A DNA stretch of 64,000 nt from Candidatus Woesearchaeota archaeon (GTDB taxonomy: Archaea; Nanobdellota; Nanobdellia; Woesearchaeales; GW2011-AR9). The stretch is from contig JACOZP010000008.1 in the NCBI GenBank assembly GCA_016181265.1, forward strand, positions 132,583 to 196,582, written 5' to 3'. Shown one piece after another: positions 18,528 to 27,978 of this stretch (within the stretch, counting starts at the first letter, position 1; every line of letters starts with the position of its first letter). The notes beneath the pieces are model-generated. The model did no database searches. It worked only from the letters and a program-made list of their open reading frames with translations, and was not told where the DNA came from. A program made the position numbers and the translations under genes.

Positions 18528-19418
18528 TCATTGGACAGATAAGAACACGCCGAGAACCATAACAATAAAGAGGAGTCCTTTCTTAATGATATCACGAGCG
18601 GTAATCTTTTCTTTAAATGCGTGGGGAAAGAGAGTAGTGAAGAGGAGAGCGTAGAGAAGGACAAAGAATGGTTGAAATGATGCTACTCCTTCCATCAGGG
18701 TTACGGGGATGAATGTTAAGACGTAAGTATAAAGGGCAAATCCACCAAAGGTTGCTAGTTCCTCAAGAAAGAAGAAATGAGAATTTGTCTTGAAGCGATG
18801 AACTTGATCAATAATATTTCTACGCAGACGGGAAGAGGATAAGAGGGGGAGAGAGAATAGAAATGAAAAGACAAGACTCCACGTCAATCCTGTGCTCCAA
18901 CTGGCGGATGCGAAGATATATTTGAAAATGACAACTTCTAGTGAGAGGATGAGTGAAGCGAGACTCATGTAGAGGAATGAACGGTTAAAGCGGAGCGTTT
19001 TTCCGCCATTCCAGGTGAGCAAAGCGCTGCAAAGGACAATGATCAAAAAACCAAAATATTGGGTGAGTTGCAACCGTTCATCGACAATAAGAAAAGCAAG
19101 CAAGGGAACAAATATCTTCCCTAATGAGAACAAGGAGACAACAATAGAAGTGTCGTCATTTTGTAATGCTTTGTAGTAGGGGTAGCGATACCCAATGTCA
19201 GTGAGACCGAGAAGGAGAAAGAAAGGCAGTTCAGACCACGTCGGTAGAGAAGGCGTTTGAAAGAAAAAGATGAGCGGTACAAAAATCAGGTTAAATACGG
19301 AAGAATAAAAGATGAGAGTGGGGGTGTCTTTGAATAAGCGGTTGGTGAAATAGGTATCAAAGATATTTGAAAGAGCAAACAACGACGATCCAAAAAGAAC
19401 GATAAAGATCCAGAACAT
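18528..19418 (-). CDS. EamA/DMT-like 10-TM transporter
   Basis: 296 aa polytopic membrane protein with duplicated 5-TM halves. Confidence 0.45.
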   Translation of the reverse strand: MFWIFIVLFGSSLFALSNIFDTYFTNRLFKDTPTLIFYSSVFNLIFVPLIFFFQTPSLPTWSELPFFLLLGLTDIGYRYPYYKALQNDDTSIVVSLFSLGKIFVPLLAFLIVDERLQLTQYFGFLIIVLCSALLTWNGGKTLRFNRSFLYMSLASLILSLEVVIFKYIFASASWSTGLTWSLVFSFLFSLPLLSSSRLRRNIIDQVHRFKTNSHFFFLEELATFGGFALYTYVLTFIPVTLMEGVASFQPFFVLLYALLFTTLFPHAFKEKITARDIIKKGLLFIVMVLGVFLSVQ

Positions 19419-19467
19419 AAAAAGGTTAATTCCTAGGGATTTAACAATCTTTCGTCAAACAAAAAAT

Positions 19468-19920
19468 TTAGTCTCTAAATTTATCTTTACGGAGAGCTTC
19501 TATAGTCGCAAGAAGTTCACGTGCGAGTTCGTTTACTTTTGCAAGGTTTTTTGAGGAGATACCCATGTCTAGGGCTTGGTGTGAAGCATACTCATGAAGC
19601 GCTTGAGCTAAATTTTTTATATTTTCATTAACAAAAGGATTTGCTGGTTTTTCAAGTTGGTCAAGCAGTTGACCTCTTCCGCCCGTAAACTCAGAGCACT
19701 CCCCTAACTTTTGATTTATCTTTTTTAACGTTGTAGGAATTGATGAAGACAAAGCAATAATGTTGTTCAAAATAGATGTTAAAAGGTTTAATTTTGTCCC
19801 TGCTACTGGATCTAAATACGGTTTATACTTACCAAACCAACCAGCCATAATCACACCTCTTCCAAATCTCTTTTTATTTAAAGAGAATATAAGCTTAATA
19901 AATCTTTGGGTAAAGGCCAA
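19468..19920 (-). CDS. Hypothetical protein
   Basis: 150 aa ORF, no motifs recognised. Confidence 0.3.
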   Translation of the reverse strand: MAFTQRFIKLIFSLNKKRFGRGVIMAGWFGKYKPYLDPVAGTKLNLLTSILNNIIALSSSIPTTLKKINQKLGECSEFTGGRGQLLDQLEKPANPFVNENIKNLAQALHEYASHQALDMGISSKNLAKVNELARELLATIEALRKDKFRD

Positions 19921-19967
19921 CTTTAGAAAATGTGTAGATTAATTTTTTCTTCAGAATTGAAGAAAAG

Positions 19968-19983
19968 TAAATTATTTATAGAG
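19968..19983 (+). promoter_or_regulatory. TATA-like element (TAAATTATTTATAGAG) upstream of the ABC transporter gene
   Basis: About 20-30 nt upstream of the GTG/ATG start at 20000-20003, which suggests a leaderless or short-leader transcript. Confidence 0.35.
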
Positions 19984-19999
19984 ATAGCTGTTTTAAAAT

Positions 20000-21751
20000 G
20001 TGATGAACAAAGAAGGGAGCTGGGCAACAAAGATTCTGACAATCGTTCCTGAAATTAAGCAAGGCGTGGCGAGCGGCTTTTTAATATCATTATTTTATGA
20101 AAGTATTAAATTTATCCCAATAATTCTTCTTAAATTTATTATTGATTATTTTGTTACAGGAAAAACAGTCGCCACTCAACTGATATATGCAATAAGTGGT
20201 GTCTTTATCTCCTATGTTGTATTAGAATTGATAGAATACTTTTCTAAAAGAGCAGCATTCCGTTGGAATCTTCAATATGAAAAAACAATATTGCAAAAAG
20301 CAGAGAAGAAGTTATTAGAATTAGATATCGGATATCATGAGACTTTCAACACGGGAGCACAAGTCTCTAAAATTTCTAAAGGAGCACATCGCTTAGCGGA
20401 ACTGATTTGGTTCGCGTTTGAAGAATTTATACCAACACTAGTTCAATTGTTGATGACTGTTGGCTTATTGTTATATGAACAGTGGTTGCTTGCCGTGATC
20501 TTTGGTGTTTTTGTACCTCTAATCATCTGGATCACGATCTATGAAGGAAAAAAAGTGCAGCCGCTACGTCAACACTATCACCAAAAATATGATGAAGCAG
20601 TAGGTGAGTTGGGAGAAACTCTCTTTAATATATCCACTGTGAAGGATTATGTGCAGGAAAAACAACAAATCAAGAAATTTGAGCGACTCTTACAAGAGTA
20701 TTCTGCTTTAGCAGTCGCACGTCATGATTATTCTAGTCGTGTTTTAACTCTGCGTGATCTTCTCATAAATGGGGGGAGAGTAGCAACCCTTGGTTTTGCT
20801 TCTTATCTCGTAGTGCAAGGAGAATTAAGCGCGGGAAGTTTAGTCTTAGTATACACGCTGACAGAAAAAGCATTCTTGTCATTATATCGCATCGGAAGAC
20901 TTTATAGTTATCTTGGTGATGCAATGGAGTCAATCAACCGCCTAGCAAACTTGCTGCAAGAAAAAGCAACTGTGGCAAACATCCCTAATGCACAAACTGT
21001 CTCCCATCTGGAAGGAGCGATTGAGTTTAGAGGAACTGTTTTTTCTTACGGTGGAGAGAAAGAAGTTCTGAATAATTTCACATTAAAAATAGAACCCCAC
21101 CAGATTGTGGCATTGGTGGGAAGATCGGGATCGGGAAAAAGCACGGTCGCTAAACTCTTGCTGCGAAATTATGATGTTTCCACGGGTGAGATATTAGTTG
21201 ATGAGAAAGATATTAGGACCTATAAGATTGAAGATTATAAAAAGAGAATTGCGGTAGTATCACAGCAAGTGGAGATTTTTAATCGGAGTATTATGGATAA
21301 CATCCGTTTTGCAAAATTGGGTGCAACACGTGAGGAGGCTATCAGTGCAGCAAAAAAAGCGCATGCTCATGAATTTATTATGGATTTTCCACAAGGCTAT
21401 GATACGATCGTAGGGGAGAAAGGTGTGCGCCTCTCTGGTGGACAAAAACAGCGAGTTAGTATTGCTCGGGTATTGTTAAAGAGTCCGGATATGTACATTT
21501 TTGACGAGGCAACATCATCGCTGGATTCTGAATCAGAACAATATATCCAGAAATCAATTTTTTCAATTGCTGGGCAAAAGACAACTATTATTATCGCACA
21601 TCGTCTTTCGACGATCCGCAAAGCAAATCTGATTGTGGTTATGGATAAAGGAAGAGTAGTAGAACAAGGAACATATGAACAGTTACTGCAGAATAAAGGG
21701 GCGTTCTGGAAGATGATTCAATTGCAGGAAGGGGCAGAGTTGAGAGAGTAA
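20000..21751 (+). CDS. ABC exporter, fused permease/ATPase (MsbA-like)
   Basis: 583 aa. Six-TM N-terminus. GRSGSGKST Walker A. LSGGQKQRVSIARVLL signature. IFDEATSSLD Walker B. Nominal start is GTG at 20000 followed by ATG at 20003. Confidence 0.9.
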   Translation: MMNKEGSWATKILTIVPEIKQGVASGFLISLFYESIKFIPIILLKFIIDYFVTGKTVATQLIYAISGVFISYVVLELIEYFSKRAAFRWNLQYEKTILQKAEKKLLELDIGYHETFNTGAQVSKISKGAHRLAELIWFAFEEFIPTLVQLLMTVGLLLYEQWLLAVIFGVFVPLIIWITIYEGKKVQPLRQHYHQKYDEAVGELGETLFNISTVKDYVQEKQQIKKFERLLQEYSALAVARHDYSSRVLTLRDLLINGGRVATLGFASYLVVQGELSAGSLVLVYTLTEKAFLSLYRIGRLYSYLGDAMESINRLANLLQEKATVANIPNAQTVSHLEGAIEFRGTVFSYGGEKEVLNNFTLKIEPHQIVALVGRSGSGKSTVAKLLLRNYDVSTGEILVDEKDIRTYKIEDYKKRIAVVSQQVEIFNRSIMDNIRFAKLGATREEAISAAKKAHAHEFIMDFPQGYDTIVGEKGVRLSGGQKQRVSIARVLLKSPDMYIFDEATSSLDSESEQYIQKSIFSIAGQKTTIIIAHRLSTIRKANLIVVMDKGRVVEQGTYEQLLQNKGAFWKMIQLQEGAELRE

Positions 21752-21796
21752 ACTCTCTGATAATAACCATAATCTTTATATACAAACTTCCCGCTT

Positions 21797-22342
21797 TTGA
21801 GCAGAATGGTCAATGAAGTGATTGAAACAGCACAATCATATTTTTATGATATCACCCTAGGGGTAGCGATCCTCTTTATTGGTTTTGCATTGGGTATTAT
21901 TGTGAAGAAAGTAGTGTTTAAAGTTCTCAAAGGAGCCGAACTGAATAAAGTTGTTAATCGAGTGGGAATCCGCCACGATCTAGAGAAATGGATCAGTTCT
22001 TTGGCATCGTTTATCATTTACTTGATCACGATCGTCTTTTTTATGAATTATCTCAACATAACGTCAATTGTGTTGTATTTAATTGTAGGCGCGGTATTGA
22101 TGCTTCTGATTCTTACTTTTCTCGTCGGTCTGAAAGATGTTATTCCCAATTTTGTGGCATGGGTTATCATCCAAAAGAGAGAATTGATCCACGAAGGAAG
22201 AAAGATCGATGTACGAGAGATATCCGGTACAGTGGAGAAGATAGGATATTTAGAAACAGAAATCAAGACGGAGAATGGAGATACACTCTACGTTCCAAAC
22301 TCATTATTTCTTAAATCAAAGATGAGGGTGCGGAAAGAATGA
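21797..22342 (+). CDS. Small MscS-like mechanosensitive channel protein
   Basis: 181 aa. 3 TM followed by GRKIDVREISGTVEKIGYLETEIKTENGDTLYVPNS (MscS beta-domain signature). Confidence 0.5.
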   Translation: MSRMVNEVIETAQSYFYDITLGVAILFIGFALGIIVKKVVFKVLKGAELNKVVNRVGIRHDLEKWISSLASFIIYLITIVFFMNYLNITSIVLYLIVGAVLMLLILTFLVGLKDVIPNFVAWVIIQKRELIHEGRKIDVREISGTVEKIGYLETEIKTENGDTLYVPNSLFLKSKMRVRKE

Positions 22343-22668
22343 TCGATATTGTCAATGATGTCTGGAAAGGCCGGAGGGATTATCTTCTTACCCATGGTGC
22401 GTTATCGAAACGTCCTGATCGAGGGAAGAATGAAAAAGTAAATATTCCCTGCTTTCGAGAGGATTTAGGCAGAGGGTTACTGTCTGATTATCAAGGGGAA
22501 TGGGTAGTGTATCATAAAGGTGTCTTGTGTGGGGTGAGTACGGATGGAAAAGAACTTTATGAAACAGCAATAGAGTATTATGGATCAACCAATCTCGCGG
22601 TATTTAGAGTTCCACGAAGTGGAGAAAATCTAGAAAAAATGTTTGATGATGCTCAAGGTCAATTCTAA
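22339..22668 (+). CDS. Hypothetical small protein
   Basis: 109 aa. 4 nt ATGA-type overlap with the upstream gene suggests co-transcription. Confidence 0.4.
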   Translation: MIDIVNDVWKGRRDYLLTHGALSKRPDRGKNEKVNIPCFREDLGRGLLSDYQGEWVVYHKGVLCGVSTDGKELYETAIEYYGSTNLAVFRVPRSGENLEKMFDDAQGQF

Positions 22669-22673
22669 CGCTT

Positions 22674-22916
22674 CTATCTCTTTATACTTTCCAGAAGACT
22701 AACGACATCCCAGACCTGTGTCCGATGATAGGAGGAAAGGTCAAGAGTGTTAAGTTCTTCTAATTCTAAGAGGGCTTTTTCAACAGCAAGTTCAGCGTTG
22801 CTGTTAAGAAGCGAAACAATCGCTGCGGTCCGTTCGCGGAAGACTTTTCCAGAATCTTCATCATCGATGAGACTTTGAAGAAGTTCAACGACATCTTGGA
22901 TTATTTTTGTTTTCAT
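22674..22916 (-). CDS. UPF0147-family archaeal small helical protein
   Basis: 80 aa. VFRERTAAIVSLL...RTQVWDVVSLLE resembles the archaeal UPF0147 pattern (R..A..AI..L....RT.IW.VVS.LE). Confidence 0.55.
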   Translation of the reverse strand: MKTKIIQDVVELLQSLIDDEDSGKVFRERTAAIVSLLNSNAELAVEKALLELEELNTLDLSSYHRTQVWDVVSLLESIKR

Positions 22917-23236
22917 TTTTTCTGCTGTAGTTCTTTGACAGCTTCTTCTTGTACGGATTCTATGCTTCTTTTTATATTTTCTTCTTGCTTAAGCAAATTC
23001 TTAAGGCGAAGTTCAGCGATCTCTTTCTTCTGTTGAAGATCAAGAAGAAGATTTTGAGGTGGAGAAGCGATCATGATCTTTCCGACAATTTTGTATGCTT
23101 TATCGGTTTTACCAAGTTCTTCACAGGCAGAATTAAGTTCGATCAGCGCTGATTCTTGCTGTTGTTTTTGGAGAAGGATATTTTGCATATTCTGCTGCAA
23201 CAGCTGTAACTGATCTATTTTTGAATGAGTAGCCAT
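22913..23236 (-). CDS. pfdB: Prefoldin beta subunit
   Basis: 107 aa. Two coiled-coil arms flank a beta-hairpin (AYKIVGKIMIA). 4 nt overlap with the downstream gene. Confidence 0.7.
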   Translation of the reverse strand: MATHSKIDQLQLLQQNMQNILLQKQQQESALIELNSACEELGKTDKAYKIVGKIMIASPPQNLLLDLQQKKEIAELRLKNLLKQEENIKRSIESVQEEAVKELQQKK

Positions 23237-23281
23237 GAGAGTGGTACCTCTTGTATTTTAAACCGGGAAGGGAAAAAGAGT

Positions 23282-23416
23282 TTAACGAGCTTTGACGTGG
23301 TTAACAGTACGACGGTCTTTGTACAGAATCTTACCACCACAGTAAGGGCAACGGACTTTCGTCCGAGTATATTCATCTTCTACTTTTTTTCCGCAATCAA
23401 AACAGACGTAATACAT
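23282..23416 (-). CDS. rpoP: DNA-directed RNA polymerase subunit P (Rpo12/RpoP)
   Basis: Manual translation gives MYYVCFDCGKKVEDEYTRTKVRCPYCGGKILYKDRRTVNHVKAR (44 aa). It has a C-x2-C...C-x2-C zinc ribbon typical of RpoP. The ORF is below the 60 aa cut-off of the ORF track. Confidence 0.75.
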   Translation of the reverse strand: MYYVCFDCGKKVEDEYTRTKVRCPYCGGKILYKDRRTVNHVKAR

Positions 23417-23426
23417 TGTGCACCTT

Positions 23427-23624
23427 TTAGATTGTATATGCCTTACCGGCAAACTTGACGCTACATTTACGACACTGCCAGATGCCCATCGCGAGACGCT
23501 TTACAGCGGTTTTACTGCAAGAAGGACATTTATGAGCAGAACGTTGAATCGCTTCAATCTGACCAAACTTTTTCTTGGGTTTTGTCCCGTAACGGGTGCC
23601 GAAACGTTTTGTTGAAGTTGTCAT
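23427..23624 (-). CDS. rpl37ae: Ribosomal protein L37Ae (eL43)
   Basis: 65 aa. KRFGTRYGTKPKKK...CPSCSK...GIWQCRKCSVKFAGKAYT matches the zinc-ribbon L37Ae consensus. Confidence 0.85.
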   Translation of the reverse strand: MTTSTKRFGTRYGTKPKKKFGQIEAIQRSAHKCPSCSKTAVKRLAMGIWQCRKCSVKFAGKAYTI

Positions 23625-23647
23625 GATAATTCCCTCATAAGATAGAG

Positions 23648-23812
23648 TGGGGCTGCCCGGAATTTCGTGAAATTATTCATTTCCGTTCGAACCGGGGTTC
23701 AATGGTTTTTTTGTTGTTCCGGTCATCGCCGAAGGCTCACCCAAACCATTAGTGATAGTTGCTCGAAAATGACTATTTGAGAGTCATCTTCACCAGGCTA
23801 CACTACAGCCCC
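23648..23812 (-). tRNA. Probable intron-containing tRNA (possibly Leu-CAA; 165 nt precursor)
   Basis: The minus strand reads GGGGCTG-TA-GTGTAGCCTGGTGAAGA...CCCGG-TTCGAAC-[24 nt]-CCGGG-CAGCCCC-A. It has a perfect 7 bp acceptor stem and an archaeal AGCCTGGT D-loop. A TGACT-CTCAAAT-AGTCA hairpin could be the anticodon arm (anticodon CAA). The T-loop/T-stem is interrupted by about 24 nt, and about 70 extra nt lie between the anticodon and T arms. Confidence 0.45.
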
Positions 23813-23878
23813 ACAGTTTATTTATAAACTTTTGTGTTAAAAAGGGCACTATATTAAAAATCTTTCTTCTGTGGGGAG

Positions 23879-24919
23879 TCAGAACGGGGAAACAGTCAAT
23901 CTTTTCGTAGCTTTAGTTAATACTTCTAGTTTCTTTCCGTTCCAGACTATGGTGTCTTCTATTCTAATACCAAATTTGCTGGGAAAATAGATGCCTGGTT
24001 CGATTGTAAATGGGATATTTTTGGTGACGGTTGCTTTTGGATCAGAAAAAGATGGTCCTTCATGGACTTCTATACCTATTCCATGGCCTAACGCGTGATT
24101 GAATGTAGAAGCGTATTTGCCGAGCTTCTGGCGAGCGATTCTATCTAATTCAGAGAGAAATATCCCCTCTTCCACAGCTTCAAGGGAAGCCTGCTGGGAT
24201 CCGGCGAGCAGACGATACATTTCTTCTTCCTCGTGAGTCGGTTTACCAAGGAGAATAGTGCGGCTCATATCGGCGCAATAACTATTGATACGAGCACCAA
24301 AATCAAGTAATAAAACGCCTCGTCTGAGAGGGGTGATAGAAGTGATGTGATGAGGGATAGCCGCATTTCTACCGGCAGCAACGATCGTGGGGAAGGCGAT
24401 AGTTCCACCATTTTTACGGATGTGTGTCTCAAGGAAGAGGGCAACGTCTTGTTCTGTTTTTAATTTTCGATGAGGGAGTTCTCTAATGAGCGCGTCAAAT
24501 GCTGCAGTTGTCAGATCACATGCTCTCTTTATCATAAGGATTTCTGGAGGGACTTTTTCCAGACGGAGTTGTTCTAAAGAGGAAGAGATGTCTTTTATTT
24601 TCGCTTTAGGGAAGATCTTTCTGACCCTGTCTAAGTTCTCCACGGTGAGATTACTTTTGTTGATGCCCACAGACTTAAACTGTTTACTGCCGTATTTTTT
24701 TGACCATCCTTTGGCAAGGTAGTGGACAGTAATTCCTTTTTTCTGAGGCTTATGGTCAAGAGGGGAGATGAGAAGAATAGCTTTCCGGGGAGTGATCAAA
24801 AAATAACCTCCTGTAAACTCTCTCCCGATAAAATATGGGACAGCAGGGTCCGTATAGTTAAAGAAGGCAAGATCAATCTTCTGTTGAGTAAGAAGCCGTT
24901 GAAATTGGAGTAGTTTCAT
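23879..24919 (-). CDS. M24-family Xaa-Pro aminopeptidase/prolidase
   Basis: Creatinase-N-like N-terminal domain. Pita-bread domain with HALGHGIGIEVHEGP and LLLDFGA metal ligands. Start set at MKLLQFQ (24919) to avoid divergent overlap with the M16 gene. Confidence 0.8.
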   Translation of the reverse strand: MKLLQFQRLLTQQKIDLAFFNYTDPAVPYFIGREFTGGYFLITPRKAILLISPLDHKPQKKGITVHYLAKGWSKKYGSKQFKSVGINKSNLTVENLDRVRKIFPKAKIKDISSSLEQLRLEKVPPEILMIKRACDLTTAAFDALIRELPHRKLKTEQDVALFLETHIRKNGGTIAFPTIVAAGRNAAIPHHITSITPLRRGVLLLDFGARINSYCADMSRTILLGKPTHEEEEMYRLLAGSQQASLEAVEEGIFLSELDRIARQKLGKYASTFNHALGHGIGIEVHEGPSFSDPKATVTKNIPFTIEPGIYFPSKFGIRIEDTIVWNGKKLEVLTKATKRLTVSPF

Positions 24920-24997
24920 GAAGGGAAGAAGGGAAGATATCTTCTTAAATCCTTCTTTTTCAAAACACATATAAACCTTAAAAAAATAAGTAGATCT

Positions 24998-26203
24998 ATG
25001 CAAAAAGTGGTCTTAGGAAATGGGTTAACGATCATTCATCAGCGCAAGCCAGGAAATTCGGTAGTGGTTGAGGTGATGGTGAAAGTAGGTAGTAACCATG
25101 AACTACCAGAGGAAAGAGGGATCTCACATTTCTTGGAACACATTTTATTTGAGGGGACGACAAAAAGGCCCACTAATCGAGAGATTTCTAATGAGATTGA
25201 GAAGATTGGAGGAGACTTTAATGCGTATACCACAAATGAGAGGACATGTTTCTATGTGAAAGTCCTAAGAAAACACTTTCACAAAGCGGTAGAGATTCTA
25301 GCAGAGATATTACAACAGCCGCTTTTCGCAAAAGAACATATCGAGAAAGAGAAGAATATTGTGTTAAAAGAGATTGATATGGTTCATGACGAACCGAGCT
25401 ATTACCAATGGATTTTATTACAACAAAACTTGTTTAAGAAAGCACCCTGCCAATTTCCGACTTATGGTGACAGAAAAGTTATCAAGAATCTGACGCGGGA
25501 GATGGTGCTGGCGTATTTTCAGAAACATTATGCGCCAAACAATATGGTTATTTCTATTGTAGGAGATGTAGGAAACTGGAAGAAGGAAGTGACAACTCAT
25601 TTTACGATGGAAAAGAGAACAGTGCCTCGACAGGGATACCCAGAAGAACCGATAGCGAACAAGAATCAAGAGATCGTTGAGAAAAGAAAGAATATTGCCA
25701 ATACCTACACGGTTTTAGGTTTCAAAACAGTCCCGCGAGGACATCACGATACATATGCGCTGGAAGTGTTGAATGGGATTCTCGGTCGGGGACAAAGTGG
25801 CAGGATGTTTATTGAAATCAGGAGTAATCGGGGATTAGCTTATGAAGTAGGAACACAGCATTTCGCAGATGTGAATTTTGGTTTTTTCGCAGTCTATGCT
25901 TCGATCGATCGAAAAAATAAGAAATTGGTGAAACAGATCATTCTAGAAGAAATCGAAAAGATAAAACACTGTACGGACGATGATCTAGAAGAAGCGAGGA
26001 CATATGTGGAGGGAAGTTATCTCTTAGACATGGAAGATGGCCAGAAGATCGCCGACCAGTTATTGTTCTGGGAACAGGTAAGAGATGTGAAGTTAATGGA
26101 TGATTTCTTGAAGAAAATTAAAAAGGTCAGTAAGCAGGATCTGGTGAGAGTGATTAATACTTATTTTAAGTATCATACGTTTGTGGTGTTGAGAGGGAAG
26201 TGA
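24998..26203 (+). CDS. M16-family zinc metallopeptidase (pitrilysin-like)
   Basis: 401 aa. HFLEHILFEGT inverted HxxEH zinc motif. NAYTTNERTCFY. Confidence 0.85.
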   Translation: MQKVVLGNGLTIIHQRKPGNSVVVEVMVKVGSNHELPEERGISHFLEHILFEGTTKRPTNREISNEIEKIGGDFNAYTTNERTCFYVKVLRKHFHKAVEILAEILQQPLFAKEHIEKEKNIVLKEIDMVHDEPSYYQWILLQQNLFKKAPCQFPTYGDRKVIKNLTREMVLAYFQKHYAPNNMVISIVGDVGNWKKEVTTHFTMEKRTVPRQGYPEEPIANKNQEIVEKRKNIANTYTVLGFKTVPRGHHDTYALEVLNGILGRGQSGRMFIEIRSNRGLAYEVGTQHFADVNFGFFAVYASIDRKNKKLVKQIILEEIEKIKHCTDDDLEEARTYVEGSYLLDMEDGQKIADQLLFWEQVRDVKLMDDFLKKIKKVSKQDLVRVINTYFKYHTFVVLRGK

Positions 26204-26261
26204 GAGAAGTACTGTTAAAAAGTATTGGCTTCCTAAAGTGAGTGTCGGTTAGGCAGATAAT

Positions 26262-27281
26262 TTAGGTATACGCCGTCTTCGCGATCTTCTCTAATTTTTC
26301 TTTATTTTTCTGGAAGACAGAAAGGAGATTATTGACTTCTTTAGCAAGAGCCATCTTCAAATCTAAAGGGTGAAGTTTTTTCTGTACAAATGCTTCTTCG
26401 ATCTCTTCATAGGTAGAAAAAGAGACGTTGCCTCCAAACTTCACTGGACGCTCAATAGTAAAGTTCTCTTTACGATCAGTTTTGATGACCATAATCACAT
26501 TTTTGAGAAAGGCTAATACGCCATTGTCCTCGACGATACCTTCTTCACAATGGGCACCTTTTATCTTGTCCATTACAGCTTTCTCATCATCGAGCAAATC
26601 TATTTTTGACTTGGGGTCAGACGATGACATTTTCTTGCCGACCAAACCAGGAATCAGTGGAGTCATAACCTCTACCCGATGTTTGTAATTCAGTTTAGGT
26701 AGGTTTTCGCGCGCAAACATGAGGATCTTACGTTGATCTACTCCTCCATATTGAATATCTACATCAAGATATTGCTCATCTAAAGATTGCATCAGTGGGT
26801 AAATCAAGCCGCTTAATTTTGGATTGTCGCCAAATTTAACTACCTCAGAAGCGGATTTCATCGCATCATGGACAGAGGTAAATGTAGCCATCTTTAACAT
26901 ATCTATCATGTAATCTTTATTGAGTTGATAAGAAGAGCCTTTAACTAGTTCGATATTTTCAATGTCAGCACCGACGGCAGCGAACATCAGAGGGATAACT
27001 GCACTGTAATAAGCGTACCGTTTTTCCAAGACATCCCAGGGGCAGTTGTCTAATGCTCCGTGAAGATCAGCAAGAAGAACTTTAACTTTGAAACCCGCTT
27101 TAAGAAAGTCGGACATTTTCAATACCCAGACAAAATAACCGATGTGTGGACGTCCAGTGATGGCTGTGCCAAGATATACGGACGGCTGTTTTTTTGCTTT
27201 GAGAAGATTAAGAAGCTCTTCTTCCGTGACGATCTCTTGCGTATTGCGTTTGATGAGGTTAAAACGGTCTTTGATGTCCAT
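26262..27281 (-). CDS. tyrS: Tyrosyl-tRNA synthetase (archaeal type)
   Basis: 339 aa. IKRNTQEIVTEEEL N-terminus like M. jannaschii TyrRS. HIGY (HIGH) and KMSSS (KMSKS) motifs. C-terminal KFGGN...LHPLDLK. Confidence 0.9.
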   Translation of the reverse strand: MDIKDRFNLIKRNTQEIVTEEELLNLLKAKKQPSVYLGTAITGRPHIGYFVWVLKMSDFLKAGFKVKVLLADLHGALDNCPWDVLEKRYAYYSAVIPLMFAAVGADIENIELVKGSSYQLNKDYMIDMLKMATFTSVHDAMKSASEVVKFGDNPKLSGLIYPLMQSLDEQYLDVDIQYGGVDQRKILMFARENLPKLNYKHRVEVMTPLIPGLVGKKMSSSDPKSKIDLLDDEKAVMDKIKGAHCEEGIVEDNGVLAFLKNVIMVIKTDRKENFTIERPVKFGGNVSFSTYEEIEEAFVQKKLHPLDLKMALAKEVNNLLSVFQKNKEKLEKIAKTAYT

Positions 27282-27313
27282 GACCGCTAGAAATGATGAG
27301 GAGTATAAAATAG

Positions 27314-27844
27314 TTACTGTTCTAGCACACGGAGACCTTTTCCCTCAAATTTATTTGCGCTAACCCAATACTGAAGAAAATGAGATATGTTTTCTTGTGC
27401 TGAGTAAGGAACTTGGCAAGCAGGGATCGTAGTAAGAGGGAAGTCTTCTTTACCGGAAGTCATTCTTACATCAAAATGGCGCTTCCCCTCCAGAGCTGTC
27501 GGTTTGAGAACAACGATGCCAAAGAATGGTTCGACAACATGTTGTTCACAGAATTGATAGAAATCTGACGAATATTCTCTTGAGGAATACTGAAGCCAAG
27601 GGATGACGCAAACATCTTTTTGGTGGGAAACTAAGTATTTGTATACCAGAGATTGGTGTTGATCAGGAGAGAGAAGATCAAACGCTTTTCCACTTCTAAT
27701 CGATGTAGTTGAGTACCAACGGGAATCTGCATATCCGGCGACGAGAATTCCTGAAGGAAGAGGAGTGGCATGGGGATCATAGTTAGACCATAACATTCGT
27801 TGGACGGATGGTGTGACAACTAGATTTGCCAGCGTTTCTGTCAT
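27314..27844 (-). CDS. Hypothetical protein
   Basis: 176 aa ORF, no motif recognised. Confidence 0.35.
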   Translation of the reverse strand: MTETLANLVVTPSVQRMLWSNYDPHATPLPSGILVAGYADSRWYSTTSIRSGKAFDLLSPDQHQSLVYKYLVSHQKDVCVIPWLQYSSREYSSDFYQFCEQHVVEPFFGIVVLKPTALEGKRHFDVRMTSGKEDFPLTTIPACQVPYSAQENISHFLQYWVSANKFEGKGLRVLEQ

Positions 27845-27978
27845 ATTAGCCTTTTGAGAGAAGAGGTATTTATGTTTTTGGTTTTGGTATCAGGGAGAAG
27901 AGATGGGATTATCACTGCATTTCTGTCGCAAAATATAAATAGAAACGCGTTATTAGCAGATAACGGGGGTAGAACAGC

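Noticed and set aside
20000-20002. Start codon of the ABC transporter
   Set aside because: The ORF track's first 'M' is a GTG at 20000 immediately followed by ATG at 20003. Either could be used, so this is not treated as an anomaly.
23815-23834. TTTATTTATAAAC as promoter for the minus-strand tRNA-like gene
   Set aside because: It sits only about 5-18 nt from the predicted tRNA 5' end, too close for a TATA box centred near -26. A weaker TTTTTAATAT at about 23851-23860 is possible but not convincing.
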